Source of the DNA: an uncultured Bdellovibrio sp.
Lineage (GTDB): Bacteria > Bdellovibrionota > Bdellovibrionia > Bdellovibrionales > Bdellovibrionaceae
Assembly (NCBI GenBank): GCA_963932905.1
Contig: CAWVRN010000021.1
Location: forward strand, 11,799 to 75,798
Length of the DNA: 64,000 bases
Direction: 5' to 3'
The position numbers and the translations under genes are program-made. The stretch's first letter is position 1. Each line of letters starts with the position of its first letter. The notes beneath the pieces are model-generated. The model did not search any database and was not told the origin of the DNA. It saw nothing but the letters and a program-made list of their open reading frames with translations. Shown here piece after piece: positions 1-8,670 of this stretch.

Positions 1-231
1 AGTTCAGGGGTTAAATGGACTGCGGTCGAAGATCGGCATAATGTCGTATATGCTCCATTATTTGCACCCAATGGGCGCTTGTTGGCTCTTCATGCTAAAA
101 ACGGAGACGCGTACAGTCCCCATATTGTCCCATTTGTTGTAGGCAATACGGTCAATTTGGAATCAGCTATTCATGCTTTAAACAACAATTCAATAACAGA
201 TTCATTCGGGCGGATGGGTTGGTTTGAATAA
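1..231 (+). CDS. 3' end of a hypothetical protein (partial, runs off window start)
   Basis: Frame 1 is open from base 1 (SSGVKWTAVED...RMGWFE) to TAA at 229-231. Confidence 0.6.
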   Translation, partial: SSGVKWTAVEDRHNVVYAPLFAPNGRLLALHAKNGDAYSPHIVPFVVGNTVNLESAIHALNNNSITDSFGRMGWFE

Positions 232-345
232 GGACAAATTTTGCCTATGTGCATGATTAATTACAAATTTTTGGATGAGATGCGCCTCATTTTATTTCCT
301 GATTTTTTGGTTGCTCGATCACCGGGCACTTGCTATCCAATTTAA

Positions 346-1857
346 ATGACTAAAAATAATTTAAATCAAAAAAAATCAATCACGGGTTCAGATAAAAATT
401 CTAGCATTGAGAAAAAGGCACTGGTTGTCTTATTGGTTATTTTCGTTGCTGTCTTATTCGGTGCGTGGGGATACGCAATGAAGTTAAGACAAACGGTCAT
501 TGCTAATAATGCGACAAGCGCTGTCGATGTAGGTTCATTAATCGAAATCGAGCGCATGCGTAACTTGGCTGAAACACAAATTTCTAACAGCCGTTCATTT
601 TTTCTTTTAGGCTCAAAAGTTCTTTACGATAAATCAAAACAAGATAAACAAAATTTGATGGAAGCGCTTTCTAACTTTCAGAAAAAATATTCCCTGCCTC
701 AGATTCCTGAAATCGCTCGTCGATTTGATACAATTCAAAATCAACTTCAGGATTTCTTTGAACAAGGTATGGAATTCAGAGAAAAACAGACAGAATCAAA
801 AATAGTTGGACAATTCTATCAATCGAAATCATCTCCATTGTTAAAACAGATGAACGACAATCTGGACGAGATGAAAAATCTACATTCGGCAGAAATCAAT
901 CGTGTTCAAGCGGAATCACGTGCCGCTGCTTTGGGTGTTGAAAGAAAAATTCCAGAAGGAATGACAGTGTTGACGGCACTACTTGCCGCGATCTTTTTAG
1001 GGATGTCGGTGCTGGTAGTTAAAGTATTAAGCGAACGTCGTCGTCAACTAGCGGAACGCGATCGCCTTGTTAACGAAGCGAAAAATGCGACTCAGGCGCG
1101 TGACGAATTTATTTCGGCTATCAAACATGACTTTAAAGAACCATTAGAACACTTAAATCAAATTGCTGAAATTCTAACTAACTTTTCAGAATCAAGCCCC
1201 ATTCAGGACAGTGGTGAATTAGTTAAAACAGCCGTCGCTGAAATTGAAACATTGATCAAAGACATCTGCGATCAAAAAATGGCGGATCAAAATGGTTTAA
1301 CACTGCGTTTAGATCAAATGGGTGTGGATGATGTACTTGATGATGCACGAGTCATGATGCAACCGCTAGCGAAGCAGAAAGGGATTCGATTGCAGTTTGA
1401 ATCTGCGAATCCTCCGGTACTAGCTTTCATGGATAAAGAACGTGTACTGCGTGTTTTAGCAAACCTTCTTGGAAACGCTATTAAATTTAGTCCGCGAAAT
1501 AGCAAAGTAACGGTTAAAGTTCGCGGTGATCAGCAGTTCGTAAATATATCCGTATCAGATAATGGCCCGGGTATTCCTGAAAGCAAAATTCCAAGTTTAT
1601 TCACTCAATTTTGGCAATCACGTAAAACTGCAGAACAAGGTGCAGGGATTGGCTTAGCGATTGTGAAAACAATCATCGAGGCCCATGGGGGAACAGTTAA
1701 AGTCGACAGCCATAGTGGATCGGGAAGTACGTTTACGTTCTCGCTTCCGAAACGTCGTCCAGCTGGTGCCGAACTAAAAAAAGCAGCACCGATTCGTTAT
1801 ACAACGAAATCAAGAACTCAGTCAGATATCTTCGCAGAAGGACCTGCCCCGCTATAA
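346..1857 (+). CDS. Membrane sensor histidine kinase with periplasmic helical sensor domain
   Basis: Two TM segments; atypical H-box (SAIKHDFKEPL); HATPase N-box NLLGNAIKF, G1 DNGPGI, G2 GAGIGL. Confidence 0.85.
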   Translation: MTKNNLNQKKSITGSDKNSSIEKKALVVLLVIFVAVLFGAWGYAMKLRQTVIANNATSAVDVGSLIEIERMRNLAETQISNSRSFFLLGSKVLYDKSKQDKQNLMEALSNFQKKYSLPQIPEIARRFDTIQNQLQDFFEQGMEFREKQTESKIVGQFYQSKSSPLLKQMNDNLDEMKNLHSAEINRVQAESRAAALGVERKIPEGMTVLTALLAAIFLGMSVLVVKVLSERRRQLAERDRLVNEAKNATQARDEFISAIKHDFKEPLEHLNQIAEILTNFSESSPIQDSGELVKTAVAEIETLIKDICDQKMADQNGLTLRLDQMGVDDVLDDARVMMQPLAKQKGIRLQFESANPPVLAFMDKERVLRVLANLLGNAIKFSPRNSKVTVKVRGDQQFVNISVSDNGPGIPESKIPSLFTQFWQSRKTAEQGAGIGLAIVKTIIEAHGGTVKVDSHSGSGSTFTFSLPKRRPAGAELKKAAPIRYTTKSRTQSDIFAEGPAPL

Positions 1858-1858
1858 A

Positions 1859-4621
1859 TTAGCTGGGCAGTTCGGAAAGTAACTGAATTAAATTATTCTT
1901 ATCAATGGGCTTTGTGACATGCTCATTAAAGCCGTTTTCTAAACAGCGCTTGCGTTCTTCTTTCATCGCGTGAGCCGTCAAAGCAACAATAGGTCGAACG
2001 AAACCTCGTTTGCGTAGTTCACGAGTCGCTTCGTATCCATCCATTTCTGGCATTTGAAGATCCATCAATACCGTATTTACATTTTCGCCAAGTGCCTTGT
2101 GAATTCCCTCACGTCCGTTACTCGCGGTCAAGACTTCGGCGCCAGCCATTTTCAAAATCCATTTTATTAAAGCTACATTGTCAGGGCTGTCGTCAACAAC
2201 AAGGATTGTTTTTCCAGCTAACTCGGATTGTTTGCCTAAACTATTGGAAACGGCAATTTTAACGGCTGCTTTCTGAGTATCAATGGCAGGCGATAAAAAT
2301 TTATCGTCAGACTGTCCATGTTCGATTGTAACCGAGAATGTACTGCCTTTCCCTAACTGGCTGGCCACCAGTTGAACATCGCCACCCATTGCATTCGCTA
2401 ATTTTTTTGAAAGTACAAGCCCTAAACCAGTGCCTCCAAATTTACGAGTCGTGGTAACGTCGGCTTGGGTGAATGGCGAAAATAATCGTTCAGCATGTTC
2501 TGCGGCAATGCCCGTTCCGGTGTCTTGAATTGAAAATTCGATTTTTGTTGGGTCAGCAGCACGAGCAATTTTTAACTTCACTGTACCTTTTTGGGTGAAT
2601 TTGATCGCGTTGCCAACGATGTTGAATAAAATTTGCCGCAAGCGCGTGGGATCTGTTTTGATTGTAGACGGAATCGAGCCCTCGACGGTGACATTTAATT
2701 GAATTCCTTTTCCCGCGGCTTCCATATTCAACAGCGTAGTGATGTCATTCACAGTTTCCATCAAATTCACGGCAACGCGTTCAATTTCCATTTTGCCCGC
2801 TTCCACTTTAGATAGATCCAAAATATCGTTGATAATAGTAGAAAGAAGGCGGCCGTTTCTTTTAATGATTTCGATTGTCTTGGAGCGGTCCGAAGCAGAC
2901 ATATTATCATCCGCTAGTAGCTCTGAAAAACCAATGACCGCACCTAGAGGCGTTCTAATTTCGTGAGACATATTAGCTAGGAATGCGCTTTTGGTTTCGT
3001 TGGCAACTTCGGCTTCGATTTTTGCTGCTTTTAGTTCTTCTTGGATACGCTTGTAATTGGAAACGTCGGAGGCCAGAACAATAAATCCTTCGGTTTCACT
3101 ATTTTCATCAAATTCAGGAACAATAGTAATATTCAAAATTGATTGACGATTTCCACTGCGTGAATTGCGTTCGTAGGTAACTGTCTCGCCGGATAGGGCC
3201 CTGTCTATATAGGGTTTGTTATCTGGATAGCGGTCTTCGCCTAAAACAGAACGAAAGTTTTCTTTGATTATTTCATCCTGGCTGCGTTGAAACCAATCAC
3301 AAAAGAAATTATTTGCAAATAAAAACCGTTCGTTTTTGTCCAGCTGAGCTACCATAACGGGCATCGAGTTAGTGATGATGCGTAACTGCGATTCGCGTTC
3401 TTGCAATTCCAACGTACGTTCACGAACACGTTTCTCAAGTTCTTCGTTATTTATGCGGGATCGTTCCGCTGAATTTTTAAATTCGGTAATGTCGCGAATA
3501 ACTTTGGAATAACCAGTTAATTTACCTTCTATATCAAGCAAAGGATCAAGTACGATGTTCGCCCAAAACGTTGAACCATCTTTTTTCTTACGTATAGCTT
3601 CACCTTCGAAATGCCCATCGCGGATAGCTGTGGCAAGTTCGATGTCGGCTGCATCGGCAGATTCGTCTTTTGTGTATAACGTGGAAACATGTTTTCCAAC
3701 GATGTCGCTCAGCTTGTAACCCGTGATTCGCTCGGCTCCGCGATTCCAAGTTGTAATGAAACCTTTTGGATCCAGCATGAAGATGGCGTAGTCTTTTACG
3801 GCTTCAACTAAAACACGATATTTTTCCTCCGTACTGCCAATAATATTTTCACTTTTTTGCTGTTGACTTGCCAAGATCCGTTGGCCAATGGAGCCGACCA
3901 GCGCGATACCTAAAACCAAAAGTGTAGTTGAAATTGTCGCCATCGTTAGGCTGGTCGTTACAAGTAGATCCGATTCGTTAACTACGGCCGCATGATCATG
4001 AATAAATGTGGCCGCCAACATACCTGTGTAGTGCATTCCCGCAATAGCAAAACCCATTATTGTACTTGCTAGTAAAAGTTGAAAGAAACGGTCTGGAGTA
4101 TATCTTAAACGAACCGATATGCTTAGCGCTCCGTAAGACGCGGCAACGGCAATGGCAACGGAAAGCACAACCAAAGCATAGTTCCATTCGATTCGAGCCG
4201 GCATACGCATGGAATACATACCGATATAGTGCATTCCACAAATGGCAGCAGCCATTGAAATTCCACCCCAAATCAAGTATCGAGGTTGAACTGTGGGGCG
4301 ACTAACGACGTACAATGCTAGTAAGCTACCAATGATAGCAACAATTACGGAAAGGATCATCAGCGGAATATCGTAACCCATTTCCATACCCGGCATTTCA
4401 AAAGCCTGCATTCCAATAAAGTGCATGCTCCAAATGCCAATCCCCATCGCTAATGATCCCCCGAAAAGCCATGCTAATTGAGTCCTTCCGGTAGCTTGAG
4501 TAATACTGTAGGCTAAATTCAGAGCTGCATAGGATGCCAAGATAGCAACGCCGATGGACAGTAGAATGAGGTAGGGATTGTAAACGATTTCCATTTCTAG
4601 GCAGACCGTACCATAGTTCAA
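1859..4621 (-). CDS. MHYT-PAS-PAS hybrid histidine kinase/receiver (likely start 4594)
   Basis: MHFIGM, MHYIGM and MHYTGM motifs; two PAS domains; SHEIRTPL H-box; HATPase; receiver DD...MDLQMP...KP. Confidence 0.92.
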   Translation of the reverse strand: MNYGTVCLEMEIVYNPYLILLSIGVAILASYAALNLAYSITQATGRTQLAWLFGGSLAMGIGIWSMHFIGMQAFEMPGMEMGYDIPLMILSVIVAIIGSLLALYVVSRPTVQPRYLIWGGISMAAAICGMHYIGMYSMRMPARIEWNYALVVLSVAIAVAASYGALSISVRLRYTPDRFFQLLLASTIMGFAIAGMHYTGMLAATFIHDHAAVVNESDLLVTTSLTMATISTTLLVLGIALVGSIGQRILASQQQKSENIIGSTEEKYRVLVEAVKDYAIFMLDPKGFITTWNRGAERITGYKLSDIVGKHVSTLYTKDESADAADIELATAIRDGHFEGEAIRKKKDGSTFWANIVLDPLLDIEGKLTGYSKVIRDITEFKNSAERSRINNEELEKRVRERTLELQERESQLRIITNSMPVMVAQLDKNERFLFANNFFCDWFQRSQDEIIKENFRSVLGEDRYPDNKPYIDRALSGETVTYERNSRSGNRQSILNITIVPEFDENSETEGFIVLASDVSNYKRIQEELKAAKIEAEVANETKSAFLANMSHEIRTPLGAVIGFSELLADDNMSASDRSKTIEIIKRNGRLLSTIINDILDLSKVEAGKMEIERVAVNLMETVNDITTLLNMEAAGKGIQLNVTVEGSIPSTIKTDPTRLRQILFNIVGNAIKFTQKGTVKLKIARAADPTKIEFSIQDTGTGIAAEHAERLFSPFTQADVTTTRKFGGTGLGLVLSKKLANAMGGDVQLVASQLGKGSTFSVTIEHGQSDDKFLSPAIDTQKAAVKIAVSNSLGKQSELAGKTILVVDDSPDNVALIKWILKMAGAEVLTASNGREGIHKALGENVNTVLMDLQMPEMDGYEATRELRKRGFVRPIVALTAHAMKEERKRCLENGFNEHVTKPIDKNNLIQLLSELPS

Positions 4622-4730
4622 TTTAAATTTCTGCTAATTTTTTAGACCTTTAAAAGACTTTTTGTAGTTATTTTTATATAAATGACTCGAACTGAATTGC
4701 CGGTATAAAAGAATGGAAGGAGATACTTCA

Positions 4731-5378
4731 ATGATTTTAGTTATCGGCAACAAGCGTTTATCAAGTTGGTCTTTGCGACCTTGGTTAGTAGCGACCCATT
4801 TTGAAATTCCATTTCAAGAGAAACTAATATTTTTAGATCAACCGACTACGACTAAAGAAATTATGGCATTTTCTCCGACAGGAAAAGTTCCTGCTCTGGT
4901 TGATGAGGGGCAAGTGATTTGGGATTCTCTCGCGATCTGCGAATATCTAAATGACAAATTTCCACATAAAAATATGTGGCCAACTGATCTAAAGAAAAAA
5001 GCATGGGCTAGATCCGTTGCTGCCGAAATGCATTCTGGTTTTCAAACAATGCGACAAGTGATGAGCCACGATTTACAGAAGCAACACACGGAGTTTAGTT
5101 CTGACGCCGCAAGCGAAGATATCAAGCGAGTAAAACAAATTTGGACAGAGTGTTTAATAAGATGGGGTGGTCCATTTTTGTTTGGCTCTTCTTTCACAAT
5201 TGCTGATGCGATGTACGCGCCAGTAGTAAATAGATTTGTATCCTACGCAGTTCCAATTGATCCAGTGACCGAATCAAGCGTCGGCAAATACATAAAAAAA
5301 ATTCGTGAATTACCGGCTCATCAGAAATGGATTCAAGCTGGTTTGAAAGAAACCGTTGAAGCGCCCTTTCACCCTTAA
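4731..5378 (+). CDS. Glutathione S-transferase family protein
   Basis: SSWSLRPW, SPTGKVP, WDSLAI, ADAMYAP motifs; GGAG SD before ATG 4731. Confidence 0.9.
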   Translation: MILVIGNKRLSSWSLRPWLVATHFEIPFQEKLIFLDQPTTTKEIMAFSPTGKVPALVDEGQVIWDSLAICEYLNDKFPHKNMWPTDLKKKAWARSVAAEMHSGFQTMRQVMSHDLQKQHTEFSSDAASEDIKRVKQIWTECLIRWGGPFLFGSSFTIADAMYAPVVNRFVSYAVPIDPVTESSVGKYIKKIRELPAHQKWIQAGLKETVEAPFHP

Positions 5379-5484
5379 AATCGTTTAAGGAACTAGCCAA
5401 TTAGGCATGTGATTTTCAATCATTCGCATTTAAAAACTGTGGAAGCGGTTTTAGATCGTATTTACTGTCCGCAAGAGTACGCCC

Positions 5485-5505
5485 TGCCATGCACTTCGCA
5501 TGGCA
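5485..5505. terminator. Hairpin between convergent GST and doxX-like genes
   Basis: TGCCATGC-acttc-GCATGGCA perfect 8-bp stem; no U-tract. Confidence 0.45.
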
Positions 5506-5519
5506 TAGACGCAGTCTGA

Positions 5520-5963
5520 TTATTTAGATAATGCTTTATCTGCAGATAAGTTTCCCGCACCGGTAATCATCAAACTAACTGACAGACCGATAGCTAATAT
5601 GAAGTATTCGATACCCTCGCCTTTTTGATTTCCAAACCAGTTCATGAAAAAGCCGTGTTGTGCATGAACGGTTAAGGCTGCGACCAGCATAGTAAAACCG
5701 ACCCCAAAGGCGGCGACGCGAGTTAATAACCCCGTTATTAAACCTAAGGCCCCAAAAAATTCAGCGATAATAGGTAGAAGAGCAATCACATACGGCATGC
5801 CTTGAGATGTAAAAAAGTCCATTGTTCCTGTAAAGCCATAGCCACCATACCATCCGAGTAGTTTCTGAGCTCCGTGAGGGAACATAGTAACTCCCAAAGC
5901 AACGCGGGCAATAAGTGGTCCATAAGAGTCATTTGTTTTCATTAGTTTCTTTAGAGCGCTCAT
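5520..5963 (-). CDS. DoxX family membrane protein
   Basis: HGAQKLLG, AEFFG, GEGIEY, GAG.LS.D motifs. Confidence 0.9.
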   Translation of the reverse strand: MSALKKLMKTNDSYGPLIARVALGVTMFPHGAQKLLGWYGGYGFTGTMDFFTSQGMPYVIALLPIIAEFFGALGLITGLLTRVAAFGVGFTMLVAALTVHAQHGFFMNWFGNQKGEGIEYFILAIGLSVSLMITGAGNLSADKALSK

Positions 5964-6046
5964 AGTGATTACCTCCGTAATTCATTCTTTCATGACATAA
6001 GTATGGCTTGAAAAACCTATTTGCAAAACTAGACAAAATTGGTAAT

Positions 6047-6070
6047 CATTTTTGCATATATGCAAAAATG
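6047..6070. promoter_or_regulatory. Perfect 24-bp palindrome, probable LysR operator
   Basis: CATTTTTGCATATATGCAAAAATG between divergent doxX-like and lysR genes. Confidence 0.6.
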
Positions 6071-6079
6071 GAGTAGGAA

Positions 6080-6991
6080 ATGGATTTAAATCTCTTGAAT
6101 ACGTTTGTGGCGGTGGTTGAAGCGGGTTCAATGACTCAAGCCGCCCGCAGATTGAAACAGCCGATTTCCAGAGTCAGTCGTGCTTTAGGTCGACTTGAAC
6201 GCGATTTAAATCAGCACCTTATTTTACGCACAACTCGGTCGTTTAAGATCACGACGGCTGGGCAAAAGTTATTTCGCGAAGTTCAACCGTTGATAAAAAA
6301 AATCTCGGGTTTAGAACAATCGATCACTAGTGAAAGCGAAGAACTGACGGGGGTGGTGCGTATTACCGCACCAGCAGATTTTGCTCATACGATGTTGTCT
6401 TCCATAGTGACCGAGCTCAGTATCCTACATCCGGGATTGCAATTGGATCTAAACCTAACGGATGACTACGTCGATCTGGTTCGCACTGAAACTGATATCG
6501 GTATCCGAGGTGGCAGGTTAAAAGATTCATCGCTGAAAGCAAAATATGTGGGTGAATCCATTTTTTCGTTTGTGGCTTCACCAAACTATATAGAAAAATT
6601 CGGCGCACCCAAAAAACCTGACGATTTATCTAAACACCGCTGTATTTATTCGCCTTTGGGTTCCAGCAGTCAGCGTAATGAATGGGTTGTAACAAATGGA
6701 ACACGAACAGAGAAAATTCCATTAAAAGCGCAATGGAAAATTAATCACAAGGGTCTGTGTGCGACTCTATCAAAAGAGGGACTAGGAATTTCACTTCTGC
6801 CATGGCCGATGGTGGCTCGCTATATTGAAAGCAAAGAACTAGTTCATATTCTACCAACATGGGGATTGGAATCCGCTCCGGTACATTTGGTTTTTCCACC
6901 GCAGAAAATAATGTCACGCAGGGTGCGTGAAGTTGCTAATTTTATAGAGGTAAAACTAAAGGAATTACTACCAAAGACAAAATACACCTAG
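6080..6991 (+). CDS. LysR-family regulator (CrgA/DmlR-like)
   Basis: N-terminal HTH (GSMTQAARRL...RTTRSF); LTTR substrate domain; divergent from doxX-like gene. Confidence 0.92.
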   Translation: MDLNLLNTFVAVVEAGSMTQAARRLKQPISRVSRALGRLERDLNQHLILRTTRSFKITTAGQKLFREVQPLIKKISGLEQSITSESEELTGVVRITAPADFAHTMLSSIVTELSILHPGLQLDLNLTDDYVDLVRTETDIGIRGGRLKDSSLKAKYVGESIFSFVASPNYIEKFGAPKKPDDLSKHRCIYSPLGSSSQRNEWVVTNGTRTEKIPLKAQWKINHKGLCATLSKEGLGISLLPWPMVARYIESKELVHILPTWGLESAPVHLVFPPQKIMSRRVREVANFIEVKLKELLPKTKYT

Positions 6992-7105
6992 TTAACCCTT
7001 AAGCTGTGTCGTTTGACCATAAGTCTATATTTAAATGATTTATTCCAAATTTGATTGGACGTCGTCTTTATTTTTACATACCTTTTAGTATGTAAAGGAG
7101 GATTT

Positions 7106-7990
7106 ATGCAGAAAATTTATCCATGTATCTGGCTTAATGACCGAGCTGATGAAGCCGCAAAGTTCTACGTATCGTTATTTGAAAAATCCAAAATAGTGTT
7201 TACTTCGTTTTATGGAAAAGCAGGTGCCGAAATATCTGGACAAAAAGAAGGCTCGGTACTGACGGTGGATATGGAAATTGAGGGAATGCAAATACAACTT
7301 CTAAATGGAGGTCCACATTTCAAATTGAATCCATCCACGTCCATGTATGTTTGGTGTAAAACCGAAAAAGAAATAGATAAATTGTGGAAGCGCCTATCAG
7401 ATCAAGGGGCTGTGTTATTTGAATTGCAAAAATACCCCTGGGCAGAAAAGTATGGCTGGTGCACAGATCGCTTTGGCTTGTCTTGGCAGGTTATGATCGG
7501 TGATGGACCAGCGAAAATCGCTCCCGCACTTTTATTTACTGGCAAAGCATTCGGCAAGGCGGAAAAGGCCGTGAATTTTTATTTGTCACAGTTCAAAAAT
7601 TCAAAACTAGAATTCATGCACAAAGATCCAACTACAAATGCTGTATTACACTCGGTATTTAAATTGGATGGTGTTCCGTTTGTTCTGATGGAAGGACCTG
7701 CCAAGGGCAAAAGCGATATGACTCTTAATGGGGCCATGTCATTTGCAGTGAACTGCAAGGACCAGAAAGAGATTGATTTGTACTGGGAATCAATTAAACG
7801 TAAAGGAAGCCCAGAAAATTGTGGGTGGATCGAAGATGATTTCGGAGTTTCATGGCAAATAGTTCCAGCTGTTCTGTCAGAAATGTTAAAAAGTCCCGAT
7901 ACTAAAAAAATCGAATCCATGATGAATGCTATGTTTAAAATGGAAAAATTAGAAATCGAAGTCCTAAAGACAGCGTTTGATAAAGGCTAA
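7106..7990 (+). CDS. Two-domain VOC/PhnB-like (3-demethylubiquinone-9 3-methyltransferase family) protein
   Basis: QKIYPCIW, LNGGPHF, YGWCTDRFGLSWQ, CGWIEDDFGVSWQIVP; AAGGAGG SD before ATG 7106. Confidence 0.88.
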   Translation: MQKIYPCIWLNDRADEAAKFYVSLFEKSKIVFTSFYGKAGAEISGQKEGSVLTVDMEIEGMQIQLLNGGPHFKLNPSTSMYVWCKTEKEIDKLWKRLSDQGAVLFELQKYPWAEKYGWCTDRFGLSWQVMIGDGPAKIAPALLFTGKAFGKAEKAVNFYLSQFKNSKLEFMHKDPTTNAVLHSVFKLDGVPFVLMEGPAKGKSDMTLNGAMSFAVNCKDQKEIDLYWESIKRKGSPENCGWIEDDFGVSWQIVPAVLSEMLKSPDTKKIESMMNAMFKMEKLEIEVLKTAFDKG

Positions 7991-8670
7991 ACCAGCCTAT
8001 AACCGACACCAGGTTCTGTTAGTAGGTGCTTGGGGTCGGCCGGGTTTTTCTCGATTTTCTTTCTAAGTTGCTTAACATAGATGCGTAAATAGTGTGTTTC
8101 GTGTTCAGCTGTTACACCCCAAATTTGTTTCATCAATTGAGTTTGTGAAATGACTTTTCCTTGATCACGAACTAGTCGCGAAAGTAATTCGAATTCTGTT
8201 TTGGTCAGCTTAACTTGATTTCCTGCTATTGAAACTTGCTTTTGATTTATATCGACTTTCAAATCGCCTGATTCAAAAACAGGGGTAGCCTCGGCAAGGC
8301 CATGATGGCGGAGGCCCACGCGAACTCGCGCAAGTAATTCAGACGGACCAAAAGGTTTAGTTAAATAATCATCGGCACCGGCATCAAGCAGTCGCACTTT
8401 TGTTCCTTCGTCATCCTTCACTGTTAAAATTACGATCGGAATAGTTGTCCAAGTTCTAAGTTCCCTTAAAACTTGAATGCCGTCCATATCTGGTAAGCCT
8501 AAATCCAAAATAATTAGATGAGGATGAAATGTTTTTGTTTTCTCGATGCCTTCTTGACCGGTACTGGCTTCCGCGACTGTGTAACTTTGGGATTTCAAAT
8601 TGATTCCTAAAGCAGCACGAATAGTAGCCTCATCGTCTATCAACAGCACTCTGAGTTCGCTATTAGTCAT
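7987..8670 (-). CDS. kdpE: Response regulator KdpE
   Basis: OmpR-type receiver plus winged helix (YLRIYVKQLRKK, TEPGVGYRL); overlaps kdpD stop. Confidence 0.93.
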   Translation of the reverse strand: MTNSELRVLLIDDEATIRAALGINLKSQSYTVAEASTGQEGIEKTKTFHPHLIILDLGLPDMDGIQVLRELRTWTTIPIVILTVKDDEGTKVRLLDAGADDYLTKPFGPSELLARVRVGLRHHGLAEATPVFESGDLKVDINQKQVSIAGNQVKLTKTEFELLSRLVRDQGKVISQTQLMKQIWGVTAEHETHYLRIYVKQLRKKIEKNPADPKHLLTEPGVGYRLV

